Assembly: GCA_043803405.1 (NCBI GenBank)
Contig: JAZDKB010000023.1
Coordinates: forward strand, 12,863 to 76,862
Reading direction: 5' to 3'
DNA length: 64,000 nt
Source of the DNA: Spirochaetota bacterium
Lineage (GTDB): Bacteria > Spirochaetota > UBA4802 > JAFGDQ01
The position numbers were made by a program, and so were the translations under genes. Under the pieces are notes generated by a model. That model was not told where the DNA came from, searched no databases, and was given only the letters and a program-made list of their open reading frames with translations. This document shows, piece after piece, positions 31,499 to 42,155 of the stretch (the stretch's first letter is position 1; every line of letters starts with the position of its first letter).

Positions 31499-33214
31499 TT
31501 AAAATTTAAAATAATTTACTTCGTTATTAAGATTAACGGCCATTTCTTTTAACGAATCGATATTCCCGGTAATTTCTTCAATGCCTGCGGCGCTCTCCTG
31601 CAGCAATATATTAATATTATTGATCGCGGAAGCTATTTCGTTAATTGCATTTTCCTGTTCTTTAATAGAGATTTTTATTTCATTGTCGCTGGCTATTACC
31701 TGTTCAGTTGCTTTATTAACCGTTTCATTTATCTGCGATTGCTGGTGCATTGATTCGGATACTGCCTTCATCATTGATCCGATTTTCTCGACACTCGATA
31801 TGATTTTTTTTATTCTGTCGGTTGTTTCATTGACGTTTTTTATGCCTTTGGCTGTTTCATTTACATTATTGTTTATCAGGTTGTTAATTCCCTTTACGCT
31901 GTTTGCGGTTTCATCCGCCAGTTTGGTTATTTCGTCAGCTACAACGGCAAATCCCCTGCCGGATTCGCCCGCGCGCGCAGCTTCGATGGCCGCATTTAAA
32001 GCTAGAAGGTTTATCTTATCCGAAATATCGTTTATTATTTTTATAATGTTTGTGATCTCATTTGAGCTTTCCCCGATGCTCAGCATGCTTCTGTTCATAT
32101 TAGTGAGAAGCGCTTCGCCTTGTTTTGCTTCCTTCGAAATGAGGCTGCTTTCCTCAACAGATTCAATTACCTGCTGATTCATTTCAGTTATTAAATACGA
32201 CATTTTATTTATTATTTCGAGTAATGACGAAAGACATTTCGACTGGTTTTCGGCAGATGCGACAATCTTTACCATGCCTGCAACAATATTCTCTGTTATT
32301 GCATTTATTTCTTCTGCGGATGAAGCCTGGTTTTGAATATTTATATTAAAGGAATTAATAACATCGCTCATTCCTGCGGATGACCCTGACAGCTGGTTTG
32401 CCTGCATTTTAACATCCTTAATTATTGTTTGAATTTTACCTAAAAAATCATTAAAGTGAAATGAAAGCACACTGTATTCATCCTTTGTTATAATGTTGAG
32501 CCGCGTTGACAGATCTCCGCCGGAAATATTATTTAATGCAATTTTATACAGCTTCATATTTGCCAGCATTGATCGGATGATCCCCATAATTAAAAAAATT
32601 ATTACACCGATGATAAGCAGGCTGCCTGCCGCTTCCGTAATTGTTAAAGTCCTGGTATATTTATTATATTTATCAGTTTTTATTTTTAAAATATTATTAT
32701 TCAGTTCAATAAAACCGGATAAAAGAGAACTCATTTCTTTGAGATTATTTTTCGTTACCTGGTTATATATATTGATTTTTTCTGCCTGTGATTCATCGTA
32801 CATCATCCTGGCAGAGTTATAAAGATTAAGATTAACCGGCCCCATGTTATCGAATATTTTTCTTCTTTTGTCATCCATATCCCAGTATTCCTTTGTCCCG
32901 GAAAATGAATAATACCATTTCGCAAAATCGGTCTCATTATGATTCAGTTGCCCGGCAAATGCTTTATTCGTAGCGATTGATTCCAGGAGGCCTACGCTCC
33001 AAGTCAAATGATCCGAGTACTTTTCCCTTAAAAACTGATTATTGCTGTTGATAATATTCAATTCCTTTAAGACGTATCCCCTTTTTATATCGATTATGAT
33101 AGTAAAAAGATTTTGAGCAAATACCATGATGATTATCGTAATAAGCGAGATCTGTAACTTTTTCTCCTTAATCCAAGCGGAGCTTAATTTAATTTTCATT
33201 TCAATGTGCGCCAT
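31499..33214 (-). CDS. Methyl-accepting chemotaxis protein with degenerate CZB-like sensor
   Basis: [38 protein letters not shown]...FAKWYY. Confidence 0.93.
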   Translation of the reverse strand: MAHIEMKIKLSSAWIKEKKLQISLITIIIMVFAQNLFTIIIDIKRGYVLKELNIINSNNQFLREKYSDHLTWSVGLLESIATNKAFAGQLNHNETDFAKWYYSFSGTKEYWDMDDKRRKIFDNMGPVNLNLYNSARMMYDESQAEKINIYNQVTKNNLKEMSSLLSGFIELNNNILKIKTDKYNKYTRTLTITEAAGSLLIIGVIIFLIMGIIRSMLANMKLYKIALNNISGGDLSTRLNIITKDEYSVLSFHFNDFLGKIQTIIKDVKMQANQLSGSSAGMSDVINSFNINIQNQASSAEEINAITENIVAGMVKIVASAENQSKCLSSLLEIINKMSYLITEMNQQVIESVEESSLISKEAKQGEALLTNMNRSMLSIGESSNEITNIIKIINDISDKINLLALNAAIEAARAGESGRGFAVVADEITKLADETANSVKGINNLINNNVNETAKGIKNVNETTDRIKKIISSVEKIGSMMKAVSESMHQQSQINETVNKATEQVIASDNEIKISIKEQENAINEIASAINNINILLQESAAGIEEITGNIDSLKEMAVNLNNEVNYFKF

Positions 33215-33421
33215 ACCTTCTAAATTTATCTTTTTGATTGAACCGGTGTAATATTATAAAAATAATATTTATTAATTGTAAGATGTATTTAAAGATATTA
33301 TGAATTTTGTCTTCCCTCCTGTTTTACTTTTTTTTAATTTTTTACAAATTCACACAAACTTAATAATATATTAACCCTTTATTCCTATATTGGTTGCAAA
33401 ATTGGCAGGGAGGAAAAGTTT

Positions 33422-33736
33422 ATGGAATACAAAATATCAAAAATTACCGATTCTATAGTAATTAAAGTGATGGGGCCTTTTAATAAAAATGCGGTTCACT
33501 CGGTAAGCACTTTTCTTAAGCCGTTCCTGAACGGGAATTCAACCGACATAACGCTGGATATTGATAATCTTGAAGATGAAAGAGAAATTGTGTTTCATAT
33601 AGGGCTTGTAAATGCTTTTAAAAAAGCGATAGAACAGGTCGGCGGCAAACTGAGCGTAAGGGCCGAGCGTTCTTCCGTAAGAAAATATCTGAGCAATACC
33701 GGGATCGACAGGATATTTTATTTAATAAATTCGTAA
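33422..33736 (+). CDS. STAS-like protein
   Basis: 104 aa, GGKL...VRKYL..TGIDRIF; strong RBS. Confidence 0.6.
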   Translation: MEYKISKITDSIVIKVMGPFNKNAVHSVSTFLKPFLNGNSTDITLDIDNLEDEREIVFHIGLVNAFKKAIEQVGGKLSVRAERSSVRKYLSNTGIDRIFYLINS

Positions 33737-33746
33737 ATGGTTTATT

Positions 33747-34484
33747 GTGAATAAAGAGAAAATAACTGAGGTTCAGAATAATATATTCCTGATAGCCGGA
33801 ACAGGCAACAGCAGCCACAGCTATGTAATAAAAGGCGACAGGCTTAATTTGCTTATCGATTCCGGGCTTGACGCAAATTTTCCGCTACTACAGGAAAGTC
33901 TTTTAAAAACAGGATTAAAAGTAAGGGATATTGATATTGTAATAAACACGCACGAGCACTTCGATCATATAGGAGCCAACAGGTATTTTCAGGAACATAC
34001 CATCATTGCTGCCCATCGTTTTGCTGCGACAAAAATTTCAATGAACGACAGGTATGTGACGCTTTATAAATCCGGAGATTCGAATGAGCTTTCGCAGTAT
34101 GTGCATGTCTGGCTGGAGAGCAAAAGCAGGTTCGATCTCGGAAATTATACTCTCGATGTTATACACACTCCAGGGCATACTTCGGGTTCAATATGCATAT
34201 ACGAGCCTGTTAAAAAATTTCTTTTTACAGGTGATATGCTTTTTGCCGGGGGCACGCTTTCGTACATTGCTGAATCCGGAAGCGTAGGGGATTATATAAA
34301 TTCAATCATGTCGTTAAATACCAGGCAAATTCAGGAAATATATCCGGGCCACGGCGAAATATCCGTAAATCCGGACGAAGACATGAAAGCCGCAGTGGAG
34401 AACGCGAAACAATTTTTAAGCAGCAATAATGAAGTGAAAATATCATACGAAAACGGGATGACAGGTAAGGAAACCGGGATTTGA
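33747..34484 (+). CDS. MBL-fold metallo-hydrolase
   Basis: THEHFDHIG, HTPGHTSG, TGD, PGHG. Confidence 0.92.
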   Translation: MNKEKITEVQNNIFLIAGTGNSSHSYVIKGDRLNLLIDSGLDANFPLLQESLLKTGLKVRDIDIVINTHEHFDHIGANRYFQEHTIIAAHRFAATKISMNDRYVTLYKSGDSNELSQYVHVWLESKSRFDLGNYTLDVIHTPGHTSGSICIYEPVKKFLFTGDMLFAGGTLSYIAESGSVGDYINSIMSLNTRQIQEIYPGHGEISVNPDEDMKAAVENAKQFLSSNNEVKISYENGMTGKETGI

Positions 34485-34592
34485 AATATTTTTTCTTATG
34501 ATATTTAAATTTATTGCAATAATCATAAAAATATAATAGGTCTATATCCTTATAGTTATAAATATCCCGATCCATCGGTTCTGAAAAAGAAA

Positions 34593-35105
34593 ATGCCGTT
34601 ACAAAAGAACAGCAGGAATATTAAAAAGCTTGCCCCTCAATTAGTTAAACTTGCTGTTTTAATGCTGGCAGGCATGACTTTATATGAGGTTTCTAAACAG
34701 ATTGTTCATCCGGATATCACAATCTGGCAGTCGCATATAATTACAATAATATTTGCTACTTTATGCGCAACTGTTGCCGGATATTTTTTTTTACGAAAAC
34801 ATCTTGAATTAAATGAAACCCTGATTGCAAAAAACACAGAAAGCGAGAATTTGCACAAAGAGCTAAAAAAAACAGTTAAAGAATTAAAACTGGCGCTTTC
34901 CGAGGTAAAAACATTAAGCGGCTTGCTGCCTATATGCTCTTCATGTAAAAAAATAAGAGATGATAAAGGAAACTGGACTCAAATTGAGAAATATATTCAG
35001 GAACATTCTGATGCCGATTTTACTCATAGTTTGTGCAGCGAATGCATAAAAAAATTATATCCTGATTATTATGAAAAAATGAATTCAGAAAAGAAGAAAT
35101 CATAA
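34593..35105 (+). CDS. Two-TM protein with coiled coil and C-terminal Cys-rich motif
   Basis: LPICSSCKKIRDD.G.W...FTHSLCSEC. Confidence 0.8.
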   Translation: MPLQKNSRNIKKLAPQLVKLAVLMLAGMTLYEVSKQIVHPDITIWQSHIITIIFATLCATVAGYFFLRKHLELNETLIAKNTESENLHKELKKTVKELKLALSEVKTLSGLLPICSSCKKIRDDKGNWTQIEKYIQEHSDADFTHSLCSECIKKLYPDYYEKMNSEKKKS

Positions 35106-36707
35106 CTCGCCGATTTTCTCTATTATTGTTGCTTCGAACGGGTACAGCTTATAATGAAGATGGGTGAAATGTTCGCGTGAAGAACGGTGCGTTGAAAATA
35201 CAACCTTCCATTGTCCTTTGTGTCCTGCGTTTAATGAGACGGATTTTCGCGTGAAATTCAACGCTATGCAAAGGGTCTCTTTTTTATATTCGCGTATATA
35301 TGCGAATATTCCATGCATCCCTTTTGAAGCTATTCTTGATGTTCCGTGCGTAAGCGCTTTCTTTTTTTTCCTTATATTTATCAGCTTTCTGTAAAAATTC
35401 AATAATGAATATTCATCCTTTGACTGGATTTCTACATTTTTGTTTTTGTAATCCATGTCCACAGGAAGCCAAAGCCTGCCTTTGCTGAACCCTGCATTTG
35501 TTTCGGGCGACCATTGCATGGGAGTGCGGCTGCAGTCCCGGCCGGTGTATATTGGCCAGAATTTTTTGCCGGCCGGGTCCGCCAGTTTGGCGCGCGGTAT
35601 TCTGAAATTTTTCATGCCGATCTCTTCTCCGTAATACATAAACGGAGTGCCGCGCAGAGTGAGCAGCATTACCGCAGCGACCCTTGCGCGTTTTTCCGAA
35701 TCCGCATTATTGTTAAACCTGTTATAATTTCTCGGCTGGTCGTGATTGGAAAGAACATTACACGGCCACCCTTTATCCGGAATGTGCGAATACCAGTGCT
35801 TAATGCAATGATAAAATTTTCTGGCATCCCACGGCCTATACATCATGGAAAAATCGAAAGATAAATGAAGCTCGTCTTCTCCGTTCCCCAGATAGCTTGC
35901 TGAAAGCTGCGGATCACCGGGCGGGTAGCTGAACACCTCTCCCACAAGCATCCGGTCATCGTATTCATTTACAAGTCCGCGCATCTCTTTTACAATCGCG
36001 TGCGTCTCCGGCCTGTTGCGGTTGTATTTTTCAACCTGATTGGTCAGAGGTTTAAGTGAAAAAGGATTTCTGCGGAAGCGGCTGTCTTTAATGAACCAGT
36101 TGATCACATCGAGCCTGAAGCCGTCTATTCCGCGGTCCAGCCAGAAGCGGAGCTCGCCGAACATCGCTTTTTTTAACTCAGGATTTCTCCAGTTTACGTC
36201 CGGCTGTTCCCTTAAAAACGAATGCAGGTAAAACTCCCCGGTAGCTTCGTGCCATTCCCATGCGCTGCCCAGAAAAGCTGAGCGCCAGTTATTCGGAGGC
36301 CTCCCGTTTTTGCCGTCGTGCCAGATGTACCAGTCGCGTTTTTCGTTATTGCGCGAACTGGCTGATTCAATAAACCAGGGATGAAGATACGATGTATGAT
36401 TCAGGGCAAGATCCATTATTATTCTGATGTTTCTTTTATGCGCCTCATGGATAAAATTCTCGAAATCCCTGAATGTTCCGAAAACAGGATCAATGCCGCG
36501 ATAGTCGCGTATATCGTATCCGAAGTCGTGCATTGGCGATGTATTGACAGGCGAGAGCCACACAGCGTCGATGCCAAGTCCGGATAAATAATCCAGCTTA
36601 TGAATTATGCCCGGGATATCGCCGACGCCGTCTCCGTTGGAATCATAAAAACTGCGCGGATATATCTGGTATATAACGCCGTGTTTCCACCATGTGAATT
36701 TGCTCAT
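35100..36707 (-). CDS. GH13 alpha-glucosidase
   Basis: YQIYPRSF, DGFRLDV, VGE, SNHD, YYGEEIGM. Confidence 0.93.
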   Translation of the reverse strand: MSKFTWWKHGVIYQIYPRSFYDSNGDGVGDIPGIIHKLDYLSGLGIDAVWLSPVNTSPMHDFGYDIRDYRGIDPVFGTFRDFENFIHEAHKRNIRIIMDLALNHTSYLHPWFIESASSRNNEKRDWYIWHDGKNGRPPNNWRSAFLGSAWEWHEATGEFYLHSFLREQPDVNWRNPELKKAMFGELRFWLDRGIDGFRLDVINWFIKDSRFRRNPFSLKPLTNQVEKYNRNRPETHAIVKEMRGLVNEYDDRMLVGEVFSYPPGDPQLSASYLGNGEDELHLSFDFSMMYRPWDARKFYHCIKHWYSHIPDKGWPCNVLSNHDQPRNYNRFNNNADSEKRARVAAVMLLTLRGTPFMYYGEEIGMKNFRIPRAKLADPAGKKFWPIYTGRDCSRTPMQWSPETNAGFSKGRLWLPVDMDYKNKNVEIQSKDEYSLLNFYRKLINIRKKKKALTHGTSRIASKGMHGIFAYIREYKKETLCIALNFTRKSVSLNAGHKGQWKVVFSTHRSSREHFTHLHYKLYPFEATIIEKIGEL

Positions 36708-39355
36708 GCAGCACTGCTTAGGTCGTGCATAAAGCGCGATATTATTTTTCCCGGGTCGTAGTCTCTGGCGCGTTTAAGGGATTCGTTTTTAAATCTAAGG
36801 CGGAGTTTTTTATTGCCCAGAAACTCGATAATCCTTTCAGCCATTTCCGTCCTGTTTTTTACAAGATATCCGTTTAGTCCGTCAATAATAATATCCTTCG
36901 GGCCTTTTGTATTGTAAGCAATAACAGGCAGTCCGCATGAAAGCGCTTCGAGCACAACGCAGCCGAATGTATCGAACTTGGAAGGAAGTATAAGCATGTC
37001 CGCTGCCGAATAAATTTCCGGCAGTTTGTCGTGATCCACCCATCCGAGGTAAATGCCGTCCGGCATTGCCGCTTTAAGATCTTTTTCTTTTGGGCCCATA
37101 CCTGCAAAGGCTATTTTAACATCCGGAAATGAAGCCCGCAATTTTTCCATTATATGAGGTATTTCCATAACGCCTTTTTCATCGGAAATACGTCCTGCAA
37201 AGAGGATCACCGGTTCATTGCCGGAAACGCCGAATATTCTTTTTTTATCTGCTGTTCTGGGGGAGAAACCGTCATCCGCCCAGTGTGCTGTGAGAAATAC
37301 TTTTATCGGATCGAAACCCATGTCTTTTCCTGTGAGCCATTTTTGCTGATCTTTGTTTAGCACAAACAGGCCGTCGAATTGCCTATAAAAAGCCCTGAGC
37401 AAACGGCGCAGCCTGCTTTTATTATGCTCTTCCAGATGCAGTACCTTGTCGCTGAACATCATCCAGTCCGTATGAACGTAAAAATACGCAGGAACAGAAT
37501 AGGCGTACTTCAGATACACAGCAGCGAGACCCATTGGTCCCTCGGTTGAGCAGATAATTCTGCTGTATTCGCCTTCTTTAAACAGCTTGTGTAATTCCAG
37601 CATATTGGGAATCCGTATTGGCTGCTGTTCGTAAAACGGCAGTTTGAATTCCGCAGCAGGTTTTACGGCTATAAAGTGATCGCCGGATTTGAGCGTATTG
37701 CTTGCAGCAAGAATATCGATCGGAAGATCTCTTCTTCGTATTTCGCTCAACATCGATTTTAGCACCATCGCCACACCGTTCGAATCTTCAAACGTGTCCG
37801 TTATCCATAAAGTGCGTTCGGGATGTTTCAGGGTTCCATAAGTTTCCGCAAACTCATTGAGCAGGCGGCGCGATTTATACATTACCCTTGCGCTTGTGTA
37901 AAAAGCAGCAAGTATAACGGCTGATGCAAGGAAAGGGAAAGAAAGCCCGTCCAGAAATCCGGACAGGTTAAATGATTTAATGCCTTTATTTTTTGAAGCA
38001 TAATTATTGTCAAAGAATGCCCGGAAGTGGCCGGGCAGTTCAATGCTGCTGATTATATCTTCAACATTGATAGAGGATAGATCATGTTCACGGTTCAGCA
38101 TTTCGAGTTTTTTTTCTGTTCTTGATATAAGCAGCCTGCAAAGTATTTCGTATATTTTAGAAATCGAGTTATCGAATCCTGCCATAGATTTTTCCGGATC
38201 GTCGCGTTTAATTGCCGCCATATTTGAAGCGAGGCTGAAGACTTCCTTATAAGCTTTTGGTATAATAAAACGTCTGGAGCGCCCCGGAACTTTTCCCGCG
38301 AAACAATCCTTGAAAACCTTAAGGAAATTGAATGTTGTTTTATGGCGCTTAAGCTCCATGAAACCGTTGGCAGCTGCATACGCAAGGATTTTATCCTTTG
38401 TTTCCCCCTTGTGAAGAAGTATCCTTAAAAGGCCGGGGTCCTTCATGTTTATTCCAATCTGGCAGAAATAATCCATGAACGTGACTGCCATTTTTTCAGT
38501 GTCATTATGAGAACCGAACGGAGCCATCCTTCCTTTTTTTATGGCTTCAAGTGCAAGCCCGGAATTCTTTTTCCCGCTAATGTTGTTTAATCCCGGGATG
38601 TAAAGTTTTGTGCCCGTAAGGCCGGTGAATATACCCATGTGGCTGTCAGAACCGCCGGACATTGCTTTCAGATAAGGATCGCGGACATACCTTTCAGTAG
38701 AGATTTTAAATTTTCTGCCGATCTGGTCTATCTTTTCCTTTTTAAGCGATTCAATCCATGTCCTGACAAGCATGTTTTGCCAGGAATCTCTCTGTCCGTT
38801 AACAACTTCGAATCGTTCGAAAAGAAGCGACATTTTTTCAAAAAATTCCATAGGCGGCAGGCCGTTGGATTTATAGTGATATAGCGGGTGCGCCCATATC
38901 GTAGGTATATCGTTGTCCTTTGTGTATTCCTGGAATTTGTAAATATCGTTTCTTAATTTATTGAGTTTCTTTTCCTGCTCAGGAGTAAAGCCGTAAGTAA
39001 GAACATGAATTCCTGTTTTGTAATCCGGGACCATGCAGCTCCATTCCGCTCCAACCAGAATGTCCTTGCCTTTTTCTATAAGGTCCCAGCACGATCTGGC
39101 GTTGTTGTGATTTGTTATTGTAAAGGAGTCACAGCCGCGTGATTTCAGTATGTTTAAAAGTTCTTCGCTATCAAGCCAAGTTTCGGGCATATTCAGCATT
39201 CGCGCAAGCAGTTCGTCAGGCACATCGCTGTTGCGGTCGTGGCAATGAAGGTCAATCGTGAGTATTTCATCCTGCGGAAAGCGAAGCTCCTGTTCCTTTA
39301 GAAATGAATCCAGTATTCCGGCAACTTCGTTATTAAAGGTCTTTGACTCATTCAT
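36704..39355 (-). CDS. PHP-domain / GT4 glycosyltransferase fusion
   Basis: DLHCHD, TNHN, WAHP, GGSDSH; C-terminal NGVA, GRISDEKG, DTFGCVVLEA. Confidence 0.88.
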   Translation of the reverse strand: MNESKTFNNEVAGILDSFLKEQELRFPQDEILTIDLHCHDRNSDVPDELLARMLNMPETWLDSEELLNILKSRGCDSFTITNHNNARSCWDLIEKGKDILVGAEWSCMVPDYKTGIHVLTYGFTPEQEKKLNKLRNDIYKFQEYTKDNDIPTIWAHPLYHYKSNGLPPMEFFEKMSLLFERFEVVNGQRDSWQNMLVRTWIESLKKEKIDQIGRKFKISTERYVRDPYLKAMSGGSDSHMGIFTGLTGTKLYIPGLNNISGKKNSGLALEAIKKGRMAPFGSHNDTEKMAVTFMDYFCQIGINMKDPGLLRILLHKGETKDKILAYAAANGFMELKRHKTTFNFLKVFKDCFAGKVPGRSRRFIIPKAYKEVFSLASNMAAIKRDDPEKSMAGFDNSISKIYEILCRLLISRTEKKLEMLNREHDLSSINVEDIISSIELPGHFRAFFDNNYASKNKGIKSFNLSGFLDGLSFPFLASAVILAAFYTSARVMYKSRRLLNEFAETYGTLKHPERTLWITDTFEDSNGVAMVLKSMLSEIRRRDLPIDILAASNTLKSGDHFIAVKPAAEFKLPFYEQQPIRIPNMLELHKLFKEGEYSRIICSTEGPMGLAAVYLKYAYSVPAYFYVHTDWMMFSDKVLHLEEHNKSRLRRLLRAFYRQFDGLFVLNKDQQKWLTGKDMGFDPIKVFLTAHWADDGFSPRTADKKRIFGVSGNEPVILFAGRISDEKGVMEIPHIMEKLRASFPDVKIAFAGMGPKEKDLKAAMPDGIYLGWVDHDKLPEIYSAADMLILPSKFDTFGCVVLEALSCGLPVIAYNTKGPKDIIIDGLNGYLVKNRTEMAERIIEFLGNKKLRLRFKNESLKRARDYDPGKIISRFMHDLSSAA

Positions 39356-39418
39356 ATTATCTTCCGTGCATATTTAATTCGAATTAAAAATTATTTCTTT
39401 TCATAACTAATGTGATAA

Positions 39419-39462
39419 TGTTGTATTAATTCTGTATGAAGTTTTAATGAATTTATTATGAA
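39419..39462 (-). promoter_or_regulatory. Four tandem 11-bp Pho/OmpR-type repeats
   Basis: Minus strand TTCATAATAAA TTCATTAAAAC TTCATACAGAA TTAATACAACA. Confidence 0.55.
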
Positions 39463-39650
39463 GAAAAGCTTATTGGAATTACTGCAAATCTGCTGTGGTA
39501 TTTAAATAGAATTGAGAATTCTAATAAGAATTAAGAGTTTTTATTCCGCAACGTTCCTTGAAATGACTATTTTGCAACAAGTCAATTGTTGATTCGCATT
39601 CAGGAATAAAATCAGGATAAAGAATATATATATGTTGATTTAATTCAGAC

Positions 39651-39686
39651 TTGACGGCAGTAAATTATTTTAGTACAATTGTACAC
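39651..39686 (+). promoter_or_regulatory. Sigma70-type promoter with overlapping palindromic TA operator
   Basis: TTGACG (39651)-17 bp-TACAAT (39674); palindrome GTACAATTGTAC at 39673-39684. Confidence 0.65.
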
Positions 39687-40076
39687 ATGAAGATTGTAGC
39701 AGATACAAATATATTTCTGGCTGTTGTTTTAAATGCGCCTGAAAAAGAATGGATTATCAGGATTACGGAAGGGCATAATTTAGCTGCGCCTGATGTTTTA
39801 CCCTTTGAAATAGGTAATGCCCTGACAGCAATGATGAGAAAACGGATACTTAATGCAGATAATCTTACAAAGGTCTGGGATATTGTGCAAAAAATACCTG
39901 TTGAATTGCGATCAATTGATATACGTGCGTCTATTGAGAAGGCTTCCAGATTAAATATTTATGCTTATGATGCTTATTTTATAGAGTGTGCTTTAAACCT
40001 TCGCTCTCCTTTAATAACGCTTGATCAGCGGTTGAAAAAGATAGCTGGTAATGAAGGCATATCAATTTTGGAGTGA
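39687..40076 (+). CDS. vapC: PIN/VapC toxin
   Basis: MKIVADTN, EIGNAL, YAYDAYF, LITLD. Confidence 0.88.
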   Translation: MKIVADTNIFLAVVLNAPEKEWIIRITEGHNLAAPDVLPFEIGNALTAMMRKRILNADNLTKVWDIVQKIPVELRSIDIRASIEKASRLNIYAYDAYFIECALNLRSPLITLDQRLKKIAGNEGISILE

Positions 40077-40080
40077 ATTT

Positions 40081-40305
40081 ATGAAAGTATATACATATTC
40101 AGAAGCGCGACAGAGACTTTCTGAAGTGCTTGATATTGCTCTTAAAGAAGAAGTAATAGTTAAAAGAAGAGGTGGTGAAACATTCTCCATTGTTTATAAA
40201 AAAAATAAAAAATCAGCTTTAGATGTGCCGGGAATTAATTTAAATGTCAGCACAAAAGACATTCTTGATGCGGTTAAGGAATCAAGATCAGAAGAAAACG
40301 TTTAA
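40081..40305 (+). CDS. Phd/YefM-type antitoxin
   Basis: MKVYTYSEARQRLSEVLD...VIVKRRGG. Confidence 0.85.
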   Translation: MKVYTYSEARQRLSEVLDIALKEEVIVKRRGGETFSIVYKKNKKSALDVPGINLNVSTKDILDAVKESRSEENV

Positions 40306-40387
40306 ATAATTACTGCTTACCGCTAAACAAAATCCGCTAACAATTCTTTTATAAAACCTGTAGATTCAACTCTTAATATAAAAAAAA

Positions 40388-40415
40388 TTAACAAAATCTT
40401 TACATTTATGTTATA
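40388..40415 (+). promoter_or_regulatory. Pho-box-like repeats upstream of pstB
   Basis: TTAACA-AAATC-TTTACA-TTTAT-GTTATA, 11-bp period. Confidence 0.5.
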
Positions 40416-40568
40416 ATTACTTTAAAATATTATTATCATTTGCAAACAAAGTATAATAAATAAGATCGGTTTTATTATTTTAAGGCAAATAACCGGGTTT
40501 TCTGCCCGCAGACAGCAATGTAAAACCGGTTTTAACAATTATAGAATAATTAACCGGCTGGACAGAAA

Positions 40569-41324
40569 ATGAACGGCAAACTTGAAATCAACAATCTTAG
40601 TTTTTTTTACGGGGATAATGTTGCAGTAAAAAACGTTACTATTGCAGTTAAGGAAAACTCGGTGCTTGCGCTTATAGGGCCTTCGGGCTGCGGAAAGTCG
40701 ACGCTGCTCCGCTGTATTAACAGGATGAACGATATAATACCTGGGGCAAGAACGGAAGGGGACATTGTTCTTGACGGTGAGTCGATTTATAACAATAAAT
40801 ATGATGTTACCGACCTTCGAAGAAGAGTGGGCATGGTGTTTCAGAAGTCGAACCCTTTTCCTAAAACCATATTCGAAAACATTGCTTACGGCCTGAAGAT
40901 AAACGGAATAAAAAACAGGTACGATATTGAAACGAAGGTGGAAAAATCACTAAAGGGATCGGCACTGTGGGATGAGGTCAAAGACAGGCTGGACGATTCA
41001 GCCCTTAGCCTTTCAGGCGGCCAGCAGCAGAGGCTGTGCATCGCAAGAACGATAGCCATTGAGCCGGAAGTAATTCTGATGGACGAACCGGCATCCGCGC
41101 TTGATCCGATCTCGACGCAGAAGATCGAAGAGCTTATTCAGGATTTGAAATCGAAATATACAATAGTGATCGTAACACATAACATGCAGCAGGCAGCACG
41201 CATAAGCGATTTTACTGCGTTTATGTATATGGGGAACCTGATCGAAATAAATAACACAGAAGCCATATTCACGAAACCTGAACTTGAAATGACGGAAAAT
41301 TATATAACAGGCAAATTCGGTTAG
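40569..41324 (+). CDS. pstB: Phosphate ABC transporter ATPase
   Basis: [38 protein letters not shown]. Confidence 0.97.
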   Translation: MNGKLEINNLSFFYGDNVAVKNVTIAVKENSVLALIGPSGCGKSTLLRCINRMNDIIPGARTEGDIVLDGESIYNNKYDVTDLRRRVGMVFQKSNPFPKTIFENIAYGLKINGIKNRYDIETKVEKSLKGSALWDEVKDRLDDSALSLSGGQQQRLCIARTIAIEPEVILMDEPASALDPISTQKIEELIQDLKSKYTIVIVTHNMQQAARISDFTAFMYMGNLIEINNTEAIFTKPELEMTENYITGKFG

Positions 41325-41330
41325 AGCTTT

Positions 41331-41427
41331 GCCACCGAGGAACATTGAGCATGGGAAGATAAATATCAGTAAAATATTTTTTATTTCCTTATGTGATCTT
41401 TGCTTCTTCTCCGTGACTCTGTGGTTA
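41331..41427. repeat. Degenerate REP-like intergenic element (CACxGAG / CTCxGTG type)
   Basis: gccaccgag...ctccgtgactctgtggtt; related to gccacggagacacagagtctccgtg near 59317. Confidence 0.35.
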
Positions 41428-41447
41428 ATATTAAGTAGAGGCAAAAC

Positions 41448-42104
41448 ATGAAAACACATCTTGAGCAGGAACTTGAAAACACAAGGGCTAAGATATTCGA
41501 AATGGCAGACCTTGTAATTGAATCTGTAATTAAGGCTGTCGAATCCCTGAGAAATTCAGATTCCATTCTTGCGCAAAAAGTAATTGATGAAGATTCAAAG
41601 CTGGATGAGCTTGAAAATATTATAGATGAAATGTGCGTTAAAATATTAGTCACAAAACAGCCTGCGGCTGTGCATCTGCGGCTTGTTCTCGCGATGCTGA
41701 AGATAAACACTGATCTTGAAAGAATTGGCGATCTTGCATCGAATATTGCCAAAGAAGCAAAGAAATTCGAAGGCAGGACATTGTTTAAAAATCCTATTGA
41801 TATTTTAAGAATGACATCAATCGCGATTGAGATGATTAAAGGATCTTTTCTTTCCATAAGCGGGAAGAACGCGGACATTGCAAAGAATATAATTGAAAGA
41901 GATAATGAAATCGATGATCTGAATATGCAGGTTTACAGGGAGCTTTATTCATATATGGCAGAAAATCCGAAAATTATTTCCGACGCTTTAAGTATGATAA
42001 TGGTAGCCAAGGCGCTTGAAAGAATAGGCGACCATGCGACAAATATTGCCGAAAGGGCTATTTATTATATTCAGGGAGTAGATGTCAGGCACACTGATGT
42101 ATAA
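41448..42104 (+). CDS. phoU: Phosphate signalling protein PhoU
   Basis: DLERIGD, ALERIGDHATNIAE. Confidence 0.96.
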   Translation: MKTHLEQELENTRAKIFEMADLVIESVIKAVESLRNSDSILAQKVIDEDSKLDELENIIDEMCVKILVTKQPAAVHLRLVLAMLKINTDLERIGDLASNIAKEAKKFEGRTLFKNPIDILRMTSIAIEMIKGSFLSISGKNADIAKNIIERDNEIDDLNMQVYRELYSYMAENPKIISDALSMIMVAKALERIGDHATNIAERAIYYIQGVDVRHTDV

Positions 42105-42155
42105 CAAAATGTTTGCTCAGGTCATGTATTTATAAGCTTTACGGACAAATGCATT

